Part shown: positions 9,127 through 18,949 of the stretch, one piece after another | Numbering within the stretch: position 1 is the stretch's first letter | How the letters are laid out: every line of letters starts with the position of its first letter | Origin: an uncultured Candidatus Saccharibacteria bacterium | Lineage (GTDB): Bacteria > Patescibacteriota > Minisyncoccia > Phycocordibacterales > UBA12445 | Assembly (NCBI GenBank): GCA_964649715.1 | Contig: CAZYTH010000004.1 | Coordinates: 18,135-82,134, forward strand | Length of the DNA: 64,000 bases | Reading direction: 5' to 3' | Notes under the pieces: model-generated | The model's input: only the letters and a program-made list of their open reading frames with translations | What the model was told of the DNA's origin: nothing | Database searches by the model: none | Made by a program: the position numbers and the translations under genes

Positions 9127-9161
9127 AAAAGCCCCGAAATATCTTCGGGGCTTTTATTTTT
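9127..9161 (+). terminator. rho-independent terminator
   Basis: Hairpin aaaagccccgaa-atatc-ttcggggctttt followed by a T-run. Confidence 0.8.
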
Positions 9162-9916
9162 TGCACTTAAAATATAAGATGTCTTTTATGTTTGTTATTA
9201 ATAAAAAAATCGGAGAAACTCCGCTAGAATCTATCTCTCGGTTCAAAGAAAAAATCAAAAGCGTAAAAAACCAAAAATTGTCCTACATTGGAAGGCTAGA
9301 TCCGATGGCTAGCGGAAAAATGATAGTTATTTCGGGAGATGAAAATAATAATAGGGAAAAATATTTAAATTTTGATAAAGAATATTTCGCAGAGTTCGTT
9401 TTCGGTATATCCACTGACTCTATGGACTCTTTGGGGCTTGTTATGAAAGAAGCTAAGAAAAATATTTCGAATGAACGAATCCTCAATATCGTTCGTGGAT
9501 TAAAAAAAATAAAAATTCAAAAATATCCCTGGATGTCTGGGAAGACGATGGGCGGAAGAAAGATGTTTGAGATATTTAAAAGTGGCGAGATAAAGGGACT
9601 AAAAAGACCTCTGAATAAAATTAAAATTAAAGAAATTTCAGAAATCAAAGTAAGCGATATTGATGGAAAAAAATTACTCACCAATATTGTTAAAAATATT
9701 AAAAAAGTTAATGGGGATTTTAGACAAAAAGAAATAATAGAAAAATGGAAAGACGTCTTAGGGGAACGCAATACGGATATTTTTAAAACCGTTTCTTTCA
9801 AGGTCTCCGTGTCAAGTGGGACATTCATAAGAAGTTTTTCGGAATATTTTGAAAATAAGTTAAAAATGCCGAATTTTCTGCATAAACTCAAAAGAACCTT
9901 TATTTTTCATTTTTAA
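9161..9916 (+). CDS. TruB-family pseudouridine synthase paralog (divergent)
   Basis: Catalytic motif GRLDPMASG (TruB motif II, with the catalytic Asp) and an aligned downstream FGISTDSMDSLG block. Distinct from the canonical truB at 24180. An alternative start is at 9179. Confidence 0.65.
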   Translation: MHLKYKMSFMFVINKKIGETPLESISRFKEKIKSVKNQKLSYIGRLDPMASGKMIVISGDENNNREKYLNFDKEYFAEFVFGISTDSMDSLGLVMKEAKKNISNERILNIVRGLKKIKIQKYPWMSGKTMGGRKMFEIFKSGEIKGLKRPLNKIKIKEISEIKVSDIDGKKLLTNIVKNIKKVNGDFRQKEIIEKWKDVLGERNTDIFKTVSFKVSVSSGTFIRSFSEYFENKLKMPNFLHKLKRTFIFHF

Positions 9917-9956
9917 GAATTATTTTTAGATTATTGCAAAAAAGCTTGAATAATAT

Positions 9957-10487
9957 GTGAATATGTTCTATTCTCTCTTGGTATTTAATATATTTAATAT
10001 GCAAACAGGAGAATTACATAATAGTAAAATAAGAGAGATATTGATAAAAAGCCTGAAAGAATCGAAAGAATCGATTCATCTGGTTCTTTCTTATTTTTTA
10101 GACAATGAGATTGCTGAAATAATAAAACAAAGATCGTCATCTGGTATTTCTGTTGAAATTATAATAAACGATGATACCGCAAACAGTTGGGCGATAAATG
10201 AATTATTTTTGTGTAATTTAAAGTTGCATTATTACAAGCCAGGAGGAGGAAGACCGTTGATGTATCAAAAGTATTGTATTGTTGATGGTGATATATTGAT
10301 CGCTGGATATCATAATTGGTCATATGCCGCTACCGCTTCAAAACACAAAGAATCTTTGGTCGTTGATGGAGAGAAAGAACTTGTCTCTATTTATTTAAAA
10401 AAATTCCGAAATATGACAAAATCATGTGGGATTGGTGCGGTAATTAATTTCAGAAACATCCAAAACGTTTTAAGGTATTCTGCTTAG
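9957..10487 (+). CDS. PLD-like (single HKD-type) domain protein with degenerate motif (Y-x-K instead of H-x-K)
   Basis: MYQKYCIVDGDILIAGYHNWS matches [H]-x-K-x4-D-x6-G-x-x-N except that the His is replaced by Tyr. Confidence 0.5.
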   Translation: MNMFYSLLVFNIFNMQTGELHNSKIREILIKSLKESKESIHLVLSYFLDNEIAEIIKQRSSSGISVEIIINDDTANSWAINELFLCNLKLHYYKPGGGRPLMYQKYCIVDGDILIAGYHNWSYAATASKHKESLVVDGEKELVSIYLKKFRNMTKSCGIGAVINFRNIQNVLRYSA

Positions 10488-10600
10488 TATTTATTCCACA
10501 AAAAAATTTGAATATCCGCATTTAGTGGGGTTGGATTTTTTATTAGAAAAAAAAATGTTAATATTGGTCAATCAAATAATATTTTTCAAATAAAAAATAA

Positions 10601-11338
10601 ATGAAAAAAGATAAAATATTCATATATGGTAAACATGTATTAGATGAGGCATTGAACAACTGTCCTGATATAATAGAAAAGGTTTTCTTATCGGAAAATG
10701 TTATATCTGACAGCACAAAAGATAAATTAAAAGCGTGTAAAATACCTTTTTCAGATATATCTCTTAAAAAAGAAATACCGACTGATATCGAAAAAGATGC
10801 TTCGCATCAAGGAGTTTTCGCTAAGATATCTTTAGAGAAACTCCTGGTTCCTTTTGAGAGTTTCATCTCCGATATTGTTCCGACCAAAAATGCTTCATTG
10901 GTTCTTCTGTCTGGAGTTCAAGATCCTCAAAACATGGGAACAATTATTCGTTCGTCCGTTGCTTTTGGCGTTTCGGCTGTTTTAATACCCACGAAAAGTC
11001 AGTCTCCAATCACCGCCTCAGTTGTAAAAACATCAGTAGGTATGGTTTTTAGGACCAAAATTGTTTTGGTTGAAGATGTTCAGTTAGCGTTATCTCTTCT
11101 GAAAAAAAGAGGATTTTTTGTATATGGAATGGATGGAGATTCTGAAAATTCTATAAAAAACGAAAAAATTGTATTTCCTTCTGTTTTTGTTTTTGGAAAT
11201 GAATCTGTCGGTATAGAAAAAAATATTTTTAATGTTTGTGACAAAATTTTATCTATACCTATGGAGGATGGTTGTGAATCCTTAAATGTTGCTGCGTCTG
11301 CTGCAATTGTTCTATACGAACAATACAAGCAGAAATAG
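10601..11338 (+). CDS. SpoU/TrmH-family RNA 2'-O-methyltransferase (RlmB-like)
   Basis: SPOUT motifs: VLLSGVQDPQNMGTIIRSSVAFG, FVFGNESVGI and LNVAASAAIVLYE. Confidence 0.8.
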   Translation: MKKDKIFIYGKHVLDEALNNCPDIIEKVFLSENVISDSTKDKLKACKIPFSDISLKKEIPTDIEKDASHQGVFAKISLEKLLVPFESFISDIVPTKNASLVLLSGVQDPQNMGTIIRSSVAFGVSAVLIPTKSQSPITASVVKTSVGMVFRTKIVLVEDVQLALSLLKKRGFFVYGMDGDSENSIKNEKIVFPSVFVFGNESVGIEKNIFNVCDKILSIPMEDGCESLNVAASAAIVLYEQYKQK

Positions 11339-11346
11339 TTATTAAA

Positions 11347-11913
11347 ATGAACAATAGAGACGATGGGGATATTATTTCTGACTACCTTAATGGGAATGAG
11401 GATTCTCTCAGGGAAATAATTTCCAAGTATATAGAGTCTGTTTATAGGTTTTCCTATCGTTTGACGGGGAATAAAAATGACTCAGAGGATATCACTCAGG
11501 ATATTTTTATTAAAGTGTGGAAATATTTAAATAGGTACGATAGAAAATTCTCTTTTAAAACTTGGCTTTTTACGATTGCAAGAAATACGATTTACGACTA
11601 TTTGAGAAAGAAAAAGGATATTCTTTTTTCTGATATTTTGAGGGGTGACGGGGAATATGATTTTGAGGATAATATTAATGATGAAAATATTGACATTGAA
11701 GCTGAGTTGATTACGTGTGAGGATGCAGAAGAGCTGAGGGCGGAGATTAAAAATCTTCCTAGTGAGGAAAAAGAGATACTGTCTTTACATATTGAAGAGA
11801 AGCTTACTTTTGATGAAATATCTGGAATATTAAAAAAGCCCCTCAATACTGTTAAAAGTCGCTACAGGAGAATTGTTTTAAAATTGAAGAAAAGAATTGC
11901 ACCAAAAGAATAA
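11347..11913 (+). CDS. ECF-type RNA polymerase sigma factor (sigma-70 regions 2 and 4)
   Basis: Region 2 (DITQDIFIKVWKYLNRYD ... TWLFTIARNTIYDYLRKK) and region 4 HTH (LTFDEISGILKKPLNTVKSRYRR). Confidence 0.8.
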   Translation: MNNRDDGDIISDYLNGNEDSLREIISKYIESVYRFSYRLTGNKNDSEDITQDIFIKVWKYLNRYDRKFSFKTWLFTIARNTIYDYLRKKKDILFSDILRGDGEYDFEDNINDENIDIEAELITCEDAEELRAEIKNLPSEEKEILSLHIEEKLTFDEISGILKKPLNTVKSRYRRIVLKLKKRIAPKE

Positions 11914-11932
11914 CTAATCCGTATATACTAAT

Positions 11933-12331
11933 ATGGACAACAATAAACAAAATTTATTATTTGATAAGATACTTTTGCCAGATAGGCTTCTTGAATCTAC
12001 TATTAAAAAGATATCTGAAGAAAAATATCTACTTGCGAAGCGCAGGACACTCTTTTCTGGCTTTTCTTTAATAACTTCCTTTATTTGTTTTTGGGAAACA
12101 GCAAAATATTTATCGGTGGAGATATCTTCTTCTGGTTTTATAAACTACTTTTCTTTTTTGTTTTCAGATACTGGTGCCATTGGTCTCTTTTGGAGGGAGT
12201 TAATTTTTTCTTTGGCGGAAACTTTTCCTGTGGTAGGCATTGGTATATTGTGTATTTTTGCATTTGTCTCTATTGCATCAATTAAGTCTCTTGCTTTTAA
12301 TTTTTTTGAGTTAAAAATTAATATTATATAA
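11933..12331 (+). CDS. putative membrane anti-sigma factor
   Basis: Immediately downstream of the ECF sigma gene. Small protein with TM helices. Assigned by position only. Confidence 0.4.
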   Translation: MDNNKQNLLFDKILLPDRLLESTIKKISEEKYLLAKRRTLFSGFSLITSFICFWETAKYLSVEISSSGFINYFSFLFSDTGAIGLFWRELIFSLAETFPVVGIGILCIFAFVSIASIKSLAFNFFELKINII

Positions 12332-12333
12332 AA

Positions 12334-12885
12334 ATGGAAAAATTAAAAAATCACATAAAGAATTTTACAGATTCAAAAAAGTTTAATTACTTTGTTTATG
12401 GGTTATTATTATTTATTTTTACTCTTTTTGTTTTTAGAGCCGGTGTTTCCGTTGGTTATCATAAAGCAAATTTTTCTTATAAATGGGGCGATAATTATAA
12501 AAAATTTTTTGAAATGAGGGGATTGGGAGAAAGAAGACAAGAGGGTTTTGAAACCTTGTTTGGTGGAGTGAGCGACAGAAGAGGTTCGGTTTTGTTGCAA
12601 AAAGGCATTCCAGAAAATAAATTAAAAATATCTTCGGCGGATAGTTTTATGAACGCGCACGGCATGACGGGAAAAATATTGGTGCTGGATCTTCCAAATA
12701 TTATAATTTCAGATAAAGATGGTATCGAAAAAGCTATTATTGTTGATGAAAAGACATTAATAATGCATTTTAGAGAAAAAATTACTTTTGAGGATTTAAG
12801 AGAGGGTGATGATATTATTGTTTTAGGTTCTCCAAGCGAAAATGGAGAGGTTGTTGCAAAAATAATAAGAATTATTCCTAATTAG
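12334..12885 (+). CDS. hypothetical single-pass membrane protein
   Basis: N-terminal TM helix, no known motif. Packed tightly in the sigma-efflux operon. Confidence 0.45.
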   Translation: MEKLKNHIKNFTDSKKFNYFVYGLLLFIFTLFVFRAGVSVGYHKANFSYKWGDNYKKFFEMRGLGERRQEGFETLFGGVSDRRGSVLLQKGIPENKLKISSADSFMNAHGMTGKILVLDLPNIIISDKDGIEKAIIVDEKTLIMHFREKITFEDLREGDDIIVLGSPSENGEVVAKIIRIIPN

Positions 12886-12897
12886 CTCAAAAAAGAT

Positions 12898-14673
12898 ATG
12901 AAAAATTCATTTTTAATTTATTTTAAAAAAAACAAAAAGGTTGGGCTCTTTGGTTTTCTTATATTATTTTTTTTAGCATATTATGCATATGGTTATTTAT
13001 GGGGAACAAAAACTGATACCAGATATATTTTAACCACAGTTGAAAGGGGTACACTTATTACATCTGTTTCAAGCACAGGACAAGTTTCTTCTTATGATCA
13101 AATTGTAATAAAACCAAGAGCTAGCGGTGATATTATTTGGATGGATTTGTTCCCCGGGAAAATAGTGAGGTCGGGACAGGCCATTGCTTCGATAGATAGC
13201 GTAGATGCAAAAAAAACTTTGGCAGATGCTGAAATATCGCTAGCTGAGGCATATCTAAATTTTGAAAAAGCGCAAGCACAAGCACCGATAGATCACGAAA
13301 GAAAGATTGAATCATTGGAAAATTCAGAAAATGATTTGGTAAAGAAATATGAGGATTCATTTAATTCAATATCTAATGCTTTTCTTGACCTCCCTAGTGT
13401 GATTACTGGTCTTCAGAATATTCTATATGGCTATGAGATGGATCAGCAGTCTAGGGGGTGGAATATGGATGCCTATAAAAATCTTTTTGATGGTGAGGAT
13501 CGTGAACTTATAGTATCCTTGGTGGAAATTGCCGTCAAAGATTATAATTTAGCAAGGATTGCTTATGATAAAAGTTTTCTTGACTTTAAAATCTTAACCA
13601 GATATTCAGAACGACAAAAAATAGAAGAGGTTCTTGAACAGGCTCTAGAGACCACAAAATTAATGGCGCAATCCGCAAAAAGCAGTAACAATATCCTAGA
13701 TACAATCATAGACATAAACGATAGAAAAGGAATTAAAACTAGTGCCACGATAACAACTTTTAAAAATAATATAAAAAATTATTTAAGCAATACCAATAGT
13801 CATTTAAGCTCCCTTCTTTCTCAAAAAAGCTCCATAACAGATATAAAACAAACTATAGTAAACACACAAAGAGACATCGATATTTTGAAGATAGGTAATC
13901 CTACTGGTGATAATCCGATAACATTACAGGTGTCATTGAATAGTATAAAAAAGAAGGAGGTTGAAGTTGCTGATCTTAGGTCCAAACTAGCTAATTATAC
14001 GATTCGGGCTCCTTTTGATGGTGTTGTTGCTGTTGTTAATGTTAAAAAAGGCGACACTGTTTCTTCTGGAACCTCTATCGCTACAATAGTAACAAAACAA
14101 AAAATCGCAGAAGTTTCTTTTAATGAAGTGGATGTGGCCAAGATAAAATTAGGTCAAAAAGCAACTCTTTTATTTGATGCCATAGAAGACTTGAGTATTT
14201 CCGGAAAAGTATCAGAGATTGATGCAATCGGCTCGGTATCTCAGGGGGTCGTTACTTATAATGTAAAAGTAAGTTTTGATACCCAAGACGATAGGGTTAA
14301 GCCAGGTATGAGTGTTTCTGCTTCCATTATAACGGAAGCAAAAGCGGACGTTCTCTTGGTATCAAGCGGAGCAGTAAAACTTCAGAATAATGAAGAGTAT
14401 GTTGAAATTTTTGAAAAAAAGGTTGTCTTTGAAACATATATGGGTACACAAGGTTTGATTTCCGAGGCTTTTCCAGTGAAAAAAAATATACAAGTTGGGA
14501 TATCAAACGATATACAGACAGAGGTATTAGGCGGTCTCAGTGAAGGAGATGTCGTTGTTGTAAGAACAACAACTAGCTCAAGTAAAAATGTTACAACAGG
14601 TAATAGTACTAGTGGAATAAGGATACCTGGAATTGGTGGGGTTGGAAGTGCGAACGGTATCAGAAGAAATTAA
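12898..14673 (+). CDS. HlyD/MacA-family periplasmic adaptor (membrane fusion protein)
   Basis: N-terminal TM, long coiled-coil region, then a beta-barrel/lipoyl-like segment (YTIRAPFDGVVAVVNVKKGDTV). Directly upstream of a MacB-like ABC pair. Confidence 0.75.
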   Translation: MKNSFLIYFKKNKKVGLFGFLILFFLAYYAYGYLWGTKTDTRYILTTVERGTLITSVSSTGQVSSYDQIVIKPRASGDIIWMDLFPGKIVRSGQAIASIDSVDAKKTLADAEISLAEAYLNFEKAQAQAPIDHERKIESLENSENDLVKKYEDSFNSISNAFLDLPSVITGLQNILYGYEMDQQSRGWNMDAYKNLFDGEDRELIVSLVEIAVKDYNLARIAYDKSFLDFKILTRYSERQKIEEVLEQALETTKLMAQSAKSSNNILDTIIDINDRKGIKTSATITTFKNNIKNYLSNTNSHLSSLLSQKSSITDIKQTIVNTQRDIDILKIGNPTGDNPITLQVSLNSIKKKEVEVADLRSKLANYTIRAPFDGVVAVVNVKKGDTVSSGTSIATIVTKQKIAEVSFNEVDVAKIKLGQKATLLFDAIEDLSISGKVSEIDAIGSVSQGVVTYNVKVSFDTQDDRVKPGMSVSASIITEAKADVLLVSSGAVKLQNNEEYVEIFEKKVVFETYMGTQGLISEAFPVKKNIQVGISNDIQTEVLGGLSEGDVVVVRTTTSSSKNVTTGNSTSGIRIPGIGGVGSANGIRRN

Positions 14674-14684
14674 AATATCCTTAA

Positions 14685-15395
14685 ATGATATCGATAAAAA
14701 ATGTTACAAAAGATTATAAGACTGGCGATATTGATTTTAAAGCTCTTCGAGGGGTTAGTTTTGACATTAAAGATGGAGAATTTGTAGCCATAATGGGTCC
14801 TTCTGGATCGGGAAAATCAACCTTAATGCACATTTTGGGGGCGCTCGACAATCCGACTTCGGGAAAATATTTTTTAGACAACGAAGACGTTTCTAAATTA
14901 AGTGATGACGATTTGGCGAATATAAGAAAAGATAGGATCGGATTTGTTTTTCAATCTTTTAACCTACTTCCAAGGACAACAGTATTGAGAAATGTTATGT
15001 TGCCCTTGATTTATTCTGGTATTGATATCGAAAAAAGAGAGATTATTGCCAAGAAAGCACTAAAAGATGTTGGTCTTGATGAAACACATTTTGAACATCT
15101 TTCAAATCAGCTTTCGGGTGGTCAAATACAAAGAGTTGCTATTGCAAGAGCATTGGTCAATGATCCAAAATTAATACTGGCCGATGAACCGACAGGAAAC
15201 TTGGATACTAAGACAGGAGAAATTGTTCTCGGAACTTTTCAGAAATTGAACGAGGAAGACAAAAGAACGATTGTTCTTATTACACATGAACATGACGTGG
15301 CAGAACACGCACACAGAATTATACACATTAAAGATGGTTTAGTTCTGTCTGATACGAAAGAACACGAAAGACGTATCTTGTATAAAAATAAATAA
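14685..15395 (+). CDS. ABC transporter ATP-binding protein (MacB/LolD-type)
   Basis: Walker A GPSGSGKST, signature LSGGQIQR, Walker B ILADEPTGNLD. Confidence 0.9.
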   Translation: MISIKNVTKDYKTGDIDFKALRGVSFDIKDGEFVAIMGPSGSGKSTLMHILGALDNPTSGKYFLDNEDVSKLSDDDLANIRKDRIGFVFQSFNLLPRTTVLRNVMLPLIYSGIDIEKREIIAKKALKDVGLDETHFEHLSNQLSGGQIQRVAIARALVNDPKLILADEPTGNLDTKTGEIVLGTFQKLNEEDKRTIVLITHEHDVAEHAHRIIHIKDGLVLSDTKEHERRILYKNK

Positions 15396-15405
15396 ATATA
15401 AAAGT

Positions 15406-16629
15406 ATGAAAATAATTGATATTTTGCAAGAAATATATTCTGCATTGTTTGCCAATAAGATTAGAACAGGTCTTACAATGCTTGGAATAATAATAGGGAT
15501 AGGTTCTGTGATTGCGATGGTTTCTATAGGACAAGGGGCTCAAAATTCTATAGAATCCAGCATACAGTCGCTTGGTTCAAATCTTTTAGTGGTAATGCCT
15601 GGAGCGCAAAGAGGTCCAGGAGTTAGCATAAGTGCAGGTCGGGGAACAGCGAGATCCTTAAAATTATCAGATGCTGAGGCTATAGAAAAGAATGTATCTT
15701 CAATCAAAGCTGTCGCACCTGAAGTATCGAGTCGATATCAAATAGTTGCAAAAGGAACAAATACAAATACTTCTGTTTTGGGAACAACTCCTAAATATGC
15801 GGTTACAAAGAACATAGAAGTAGATTTGGGAATTTTTATTACAGATCAAAGTATAAAGAGCGGTTCTAAGATAGCAGTTATTGGACCAACCACAAGGGAT
15901 GATCTTTTCGGGGAAGGTTCCAATCCGATAGGAAGCACTATTAGAATAAACAAAATAGACTTTAAGGTTGTTGGGGTTACAATGGCGAAAGGCGGTTCTG
16001 GATTTACCAATCAAGATGATATTATTTATATTCCAATTACAACAGCTCAAAGATATCTTACTGGTCATGAATTTTTAACGACAATAAATGTGGCTGCTGA
16101 AAAACCAGAGGAAATGTCTTTGATTCAGGAAGATATAACAAATCTTTTAATAGATCTTCATGGTATCAAAGATCCTACTGTTCTAGATTTTAATATTATG
16201 AATCAAGCAGATATGGTGAGCGCAGCTTCTTCTGTTACGACGACCTTAACTCTTTTGTTGTCGGCTATAGCAGGAATTTCTTTAGTCGTTGGCGGTATCG
16301 GCATAATGAACATGATGCTTACAACTGTAACCGAAAGAACCAGAGAGATTGGATTAAGAAAAGCCATTGGGGCAAAAAGAAGAGATATTGAAATACAGTT
16401 TTTATTGGAGGCAATAATGGTTACCTTTGTCGGTGGTTTCCTTGGCGTGGTATTCGGTTGGGTGGTCGCTAAAGCAATATCTTATACTGGTATTATTCAG
16501 GCATCTGTCACAGTTTCCTCGGTTGTTTTGGCTTTTGGGGTATCGGCTGTCATAGGAATAGTTTTTGGTTATTATCCCGCTTATAGAGCAGCTCGACTTA
16601 ACCCCATAGAAGCTTTAAGGTATGAATAA
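15406..16629 (+). CDS. ABC transporter permease (FtsX/MacB-type)
   Basis: N-terminal TM, large periplasmic domain, C-terminal 3-TM FtsX-like domain. Adjacent to the ATPase. Confidence 0.8.
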   Translation: MKIIDILQEIYSALFANKIRTGLTMLGIIIGIGSVIAMVSIGQGAQNSIESSIQSLGSNLLVVMPGAQRGPGVSISAGRGTARSLKLSDAEAIEKNVSSIKAVAPEVSSRYQIVAKGTNTNTSVLGTTPKYAVTKNIEVDLGIFITDQSIKSGSKIAVIGPTTRDDLFGEGSNPIGSTIRINKIDFKVVGVTMAKGGSGFTNQDDIIYIPITTAQRYLTGHEFLTTINVAAEKPEEMSLIQEDITNLLIDLHGIKDPTVLDFNIMNQADMVSAASSVTTTLTLLLSAIAGISLVVGGIGIMNMMLTTVTERTREIGLRKAIGAKRRDIEIQFLLEAIMVTFVGGFLGVVFGWVVAKAISYTGIIQASVTVSSVVLAFGVSAVIGIVFGYYPAYRAARLNPIEALRYE

Positions 16630-16664
16630 TAAAATTAAAAATTAAAATAGAGAACGTAACAAAA

Positions 16665-17087
16665 ATGAAAAATAAAATGATCGTGGGAATAATAGTTTTT
16701 TTTGTGATGGTTTTAGGAATGTCTTTTTATGCGGGAATTAAATACTCTCAAATTTCCAGAAGTTTCCCTGGGTTTTCTGGAAGAAATTTTAGTGCCACTG
16801 ACAGGGTAAATGTTGGGGATAATTTAGGAAGGTTTGATAAGGGGTCTGTCGCAAGAGGGAGTTTGGGTGGAATGATTGGTGGAGAAATAATTTCAAAGGA
16901 CGAAACTGGGTTGACTGTAAAGTCTAGGGAAGGTGGCTCTAGGATAATTTTTATTTCTGAAAAAACCACAATTATGAAAGTTTCTACGAGTACTAAAGAA
17001 GAATTAGTAAACGGACTTCAAGTGAGTGTGTTTGGAAAGACAAATCCAGATGGAAGTATAACGGCTGAAAATATTCAGATTAGGTAA
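16665..17087 (+). CDS. hypothetical membrane-anchored/secreted protein
   Basis: N-terminal TM segment, Gly-rich, no motif. Confidence 0.4.
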   Translation: MKNKMIVGIIVFFVMVLGMSFYAGIKYSQISRSFPGFSGRNFSATDRVNVGDNLGRFDKGSVARGSLGGMIGGEIISKDETGLTVKSREGGSRIIFISEKTTIMKVSTSTKEELVNGLQVSVFGKTNPDGSITAENIQIR

Positions 17088-17182
17088 TTATATATATTTT
17101 AAGTTGGATTTATCGCCTAAAAAGGCTGGATTTTTCATTACAAAAGTGTTTGAATGTATTGATAAAATACTAATTTATCGAT

Positions 17183-18577
17183 ATGGAAATAAAACAAATA
17201 TTTAAGAAGGGTGAGGAAATAATAGGAGAGAAGATTGAGTTGAACGGGTGGGTAAGAACAGTGAGATCATCGGGATCTTTTGGTTTTTTGGAAATAAACG
17301 ATGGAACTTTTTTTAAAAATTTACAAGTCGTTTTTGATGACAAACTCGCTAATTTTAAGGAAATAGAAAAAGTTCATATAGGCTCGGCTATCTCAATAGA
17401 AGGAGAGATGGTAAAGTCGCCCGCAAAAGAGCAAGCTTTTGAATTAAAAGCTGACAAAATAATCCTCATAGCTGATTCAGATGAAAGTTTTCCTTTGCAG
17501 AAGAAACGTCATACTTTTGAATACCTTAGAACTATCGCGCATCTTCGTCCCAGATCAAATACTTTTTCTGCGGTTTTTAGGATTCGATCACTTGTCGCAT
17601 TTGCGATACATAAATTTTTTAATGATAGAGGGTTTGTTTATGTTCACACCCCAATAATAACAGGCAGTGACTGTGAGGGTGCCGGAGAAATGTTCCATGT
17701 TACGACGCAAGATTTAGGCAATCCAGTAAAAACAAAAGAGGGGAAGATAGATTATGCAAAAGATTTTTTTGGAAAGGAAACCGGTCTTACTGTTAGTGGA
17801 CAACTTGAAGCAGAGACGTTTGCTCTTGCTTTTAAAAAGGTTTATACATTTGGTCCGACGTTCAGGGCGGAAAATTCAAACACAAAAAGACATGCAGCTG
17901 AATTTTGGATGATAGAACCAGAGATTGCTTTTGCGGGATTGAAAGAAGATGCCGATCTAGCTGAAGAGATGATTAAATATATCATTAAGTATATTTTGGA
18001 AAGCGCCCCAGAAGAAATGGCTTTCTTTAACAAATTCATAGACACAGGCTTGCTTGATAAATTAAATGCCGTTTTAAATTCTTCTTTCGAGAGAATTACG
18101 TACACGGAGGCGGTAAAATTACTAGAAAGACTTCCTGATGAAGAAAAAAACAAATTTGAATATTCTGTTGGTTGGGGCAAGGAATTACAAACTGAGCACG
18201 AAAGATATTTAACTGAAAAAATTTTCAATAAGCCGATTTTTGTGACTGATTATCCAAAAGACTTTAAAGCTTTTTACATGCGTCAAAACGATGACGGGAA
18301 AACTGTTGCTGCGATGGATCTGCTTGTTCCTGGTATTGGCGAGATAATTGGAGGATCTCAGAGAGAGGAGAGATATGATAAGATTGTGACAAGAATAAAA
18401 GAGATGAATTTAAAAGAAGAAGATTATTCTTGGTATTTAGACTTAAGAAGGTTTGGTGGGGCACCACACGCAGGATTTGGGCTTGGTTTTGAGAGGATGA
18501 TAATGTATTTGACTGGTATGGAGAACATTCGCGATGTTATCCCATTCCCACGCACCCCCGGTAATGCAGATTTTTAA
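17183..18577 (+). CDS. asnS: asparaginyl-tRNA synthetase (class IIb)
   Basis: [21 protein letters not shown] is an AsnRS motif 2 hallmark. N-terminal OB fold. 464 aa. Confidence 0.85.
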   Translation: MEIKQIFKKGEEIIGEKIELNGWVRTVRSSGSFGFLEINDGTFFKNLQVVFDDKLANFKEIEKVHIGSAISIEGEMVKSPAKEQAFELKADKIILIADSDESFPLQKKRHTFEYLRTIAHLRPRSNTFSAVFRIRSLVAFAIHKFFNDRGFVYVHTPIITGSDCEGAGEMFHVTTQDLGNPVKTKEGKIDYAKDFFGKETGLTVSGQLEAETFALAFKKVYTFGPTFRAENSNTKRHAAEFWMIEPEIAFAGLKEDADLAEEMIKYIIKYILESAPEEMAFFNKFIDTGLLDKLNAVLNSSFERITYTEAVKLLERLPDEEKNKFEYSVGWGKELQTEHERYLTEKIFNKPIFVTDYPKDFKAFYMRQNDDGKTVAAMDLLVPGIGEIIGGSQREERYDKIVTRIKEMNLKEEDYSWYLDLRRFGGAPHAGFGLGFERMIMYLTGMENIRDVIPFPRTPGNADF

Positions 18578-18586
18578 AAAATAACG

Positions 18587-18814
18587 ATGAAAGACGCTTT
18601 TACAAAAGAACAAGACAATCTCCTTAATGAATTTAAGAACAAGGCTGACGGTCTTGGTCTAGAATACTTTGCTGTCGTTAGTGATCCGATAGATAATACC
18701 GGAGCCTCTGTCTATTCAGCTTTTACCCCAGACAGCGCTGCTAGAAATGCTCGTAAAGCTCATACAGAATGGGAAATTAAGCACAATATCGATCCAGATC
18801 ATTATCGGGAGTAA
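18587..18814 (+). CDS. hypothetical small protein (75 aa)
   Basis: ORF with a tight 9-nt spacing after asnS. Confidence 0.4.
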   Translation: MKDAFTKEQDNLLNEFKNKADGLGLEYFAVVSDPIDNTGASVYSAFTPDSAARNARKAHTEWEIKHNIDPDHYRE

Positions 18815-18830
18815 ATATAAGGAAATAGTA

Positions 18831-18866
18831 AAAACCATGTAGATACAAAATTATATGGTTTTTTAT
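18831..18866 (+). terminator. possible rho-independent terminator
   Basis: Stem aaaaccat/atggtttt with a large loop, followed by a T-run. Confidence 0.45.
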
Positions 18867-18949
18867 TGGAGGCGTTCTGAAAAAATACCCCTGGTCGGTC
18901 CTATCGCAAGGTAGTTTATTATCGATTTTCTGGTATAGTAGATTCAACC

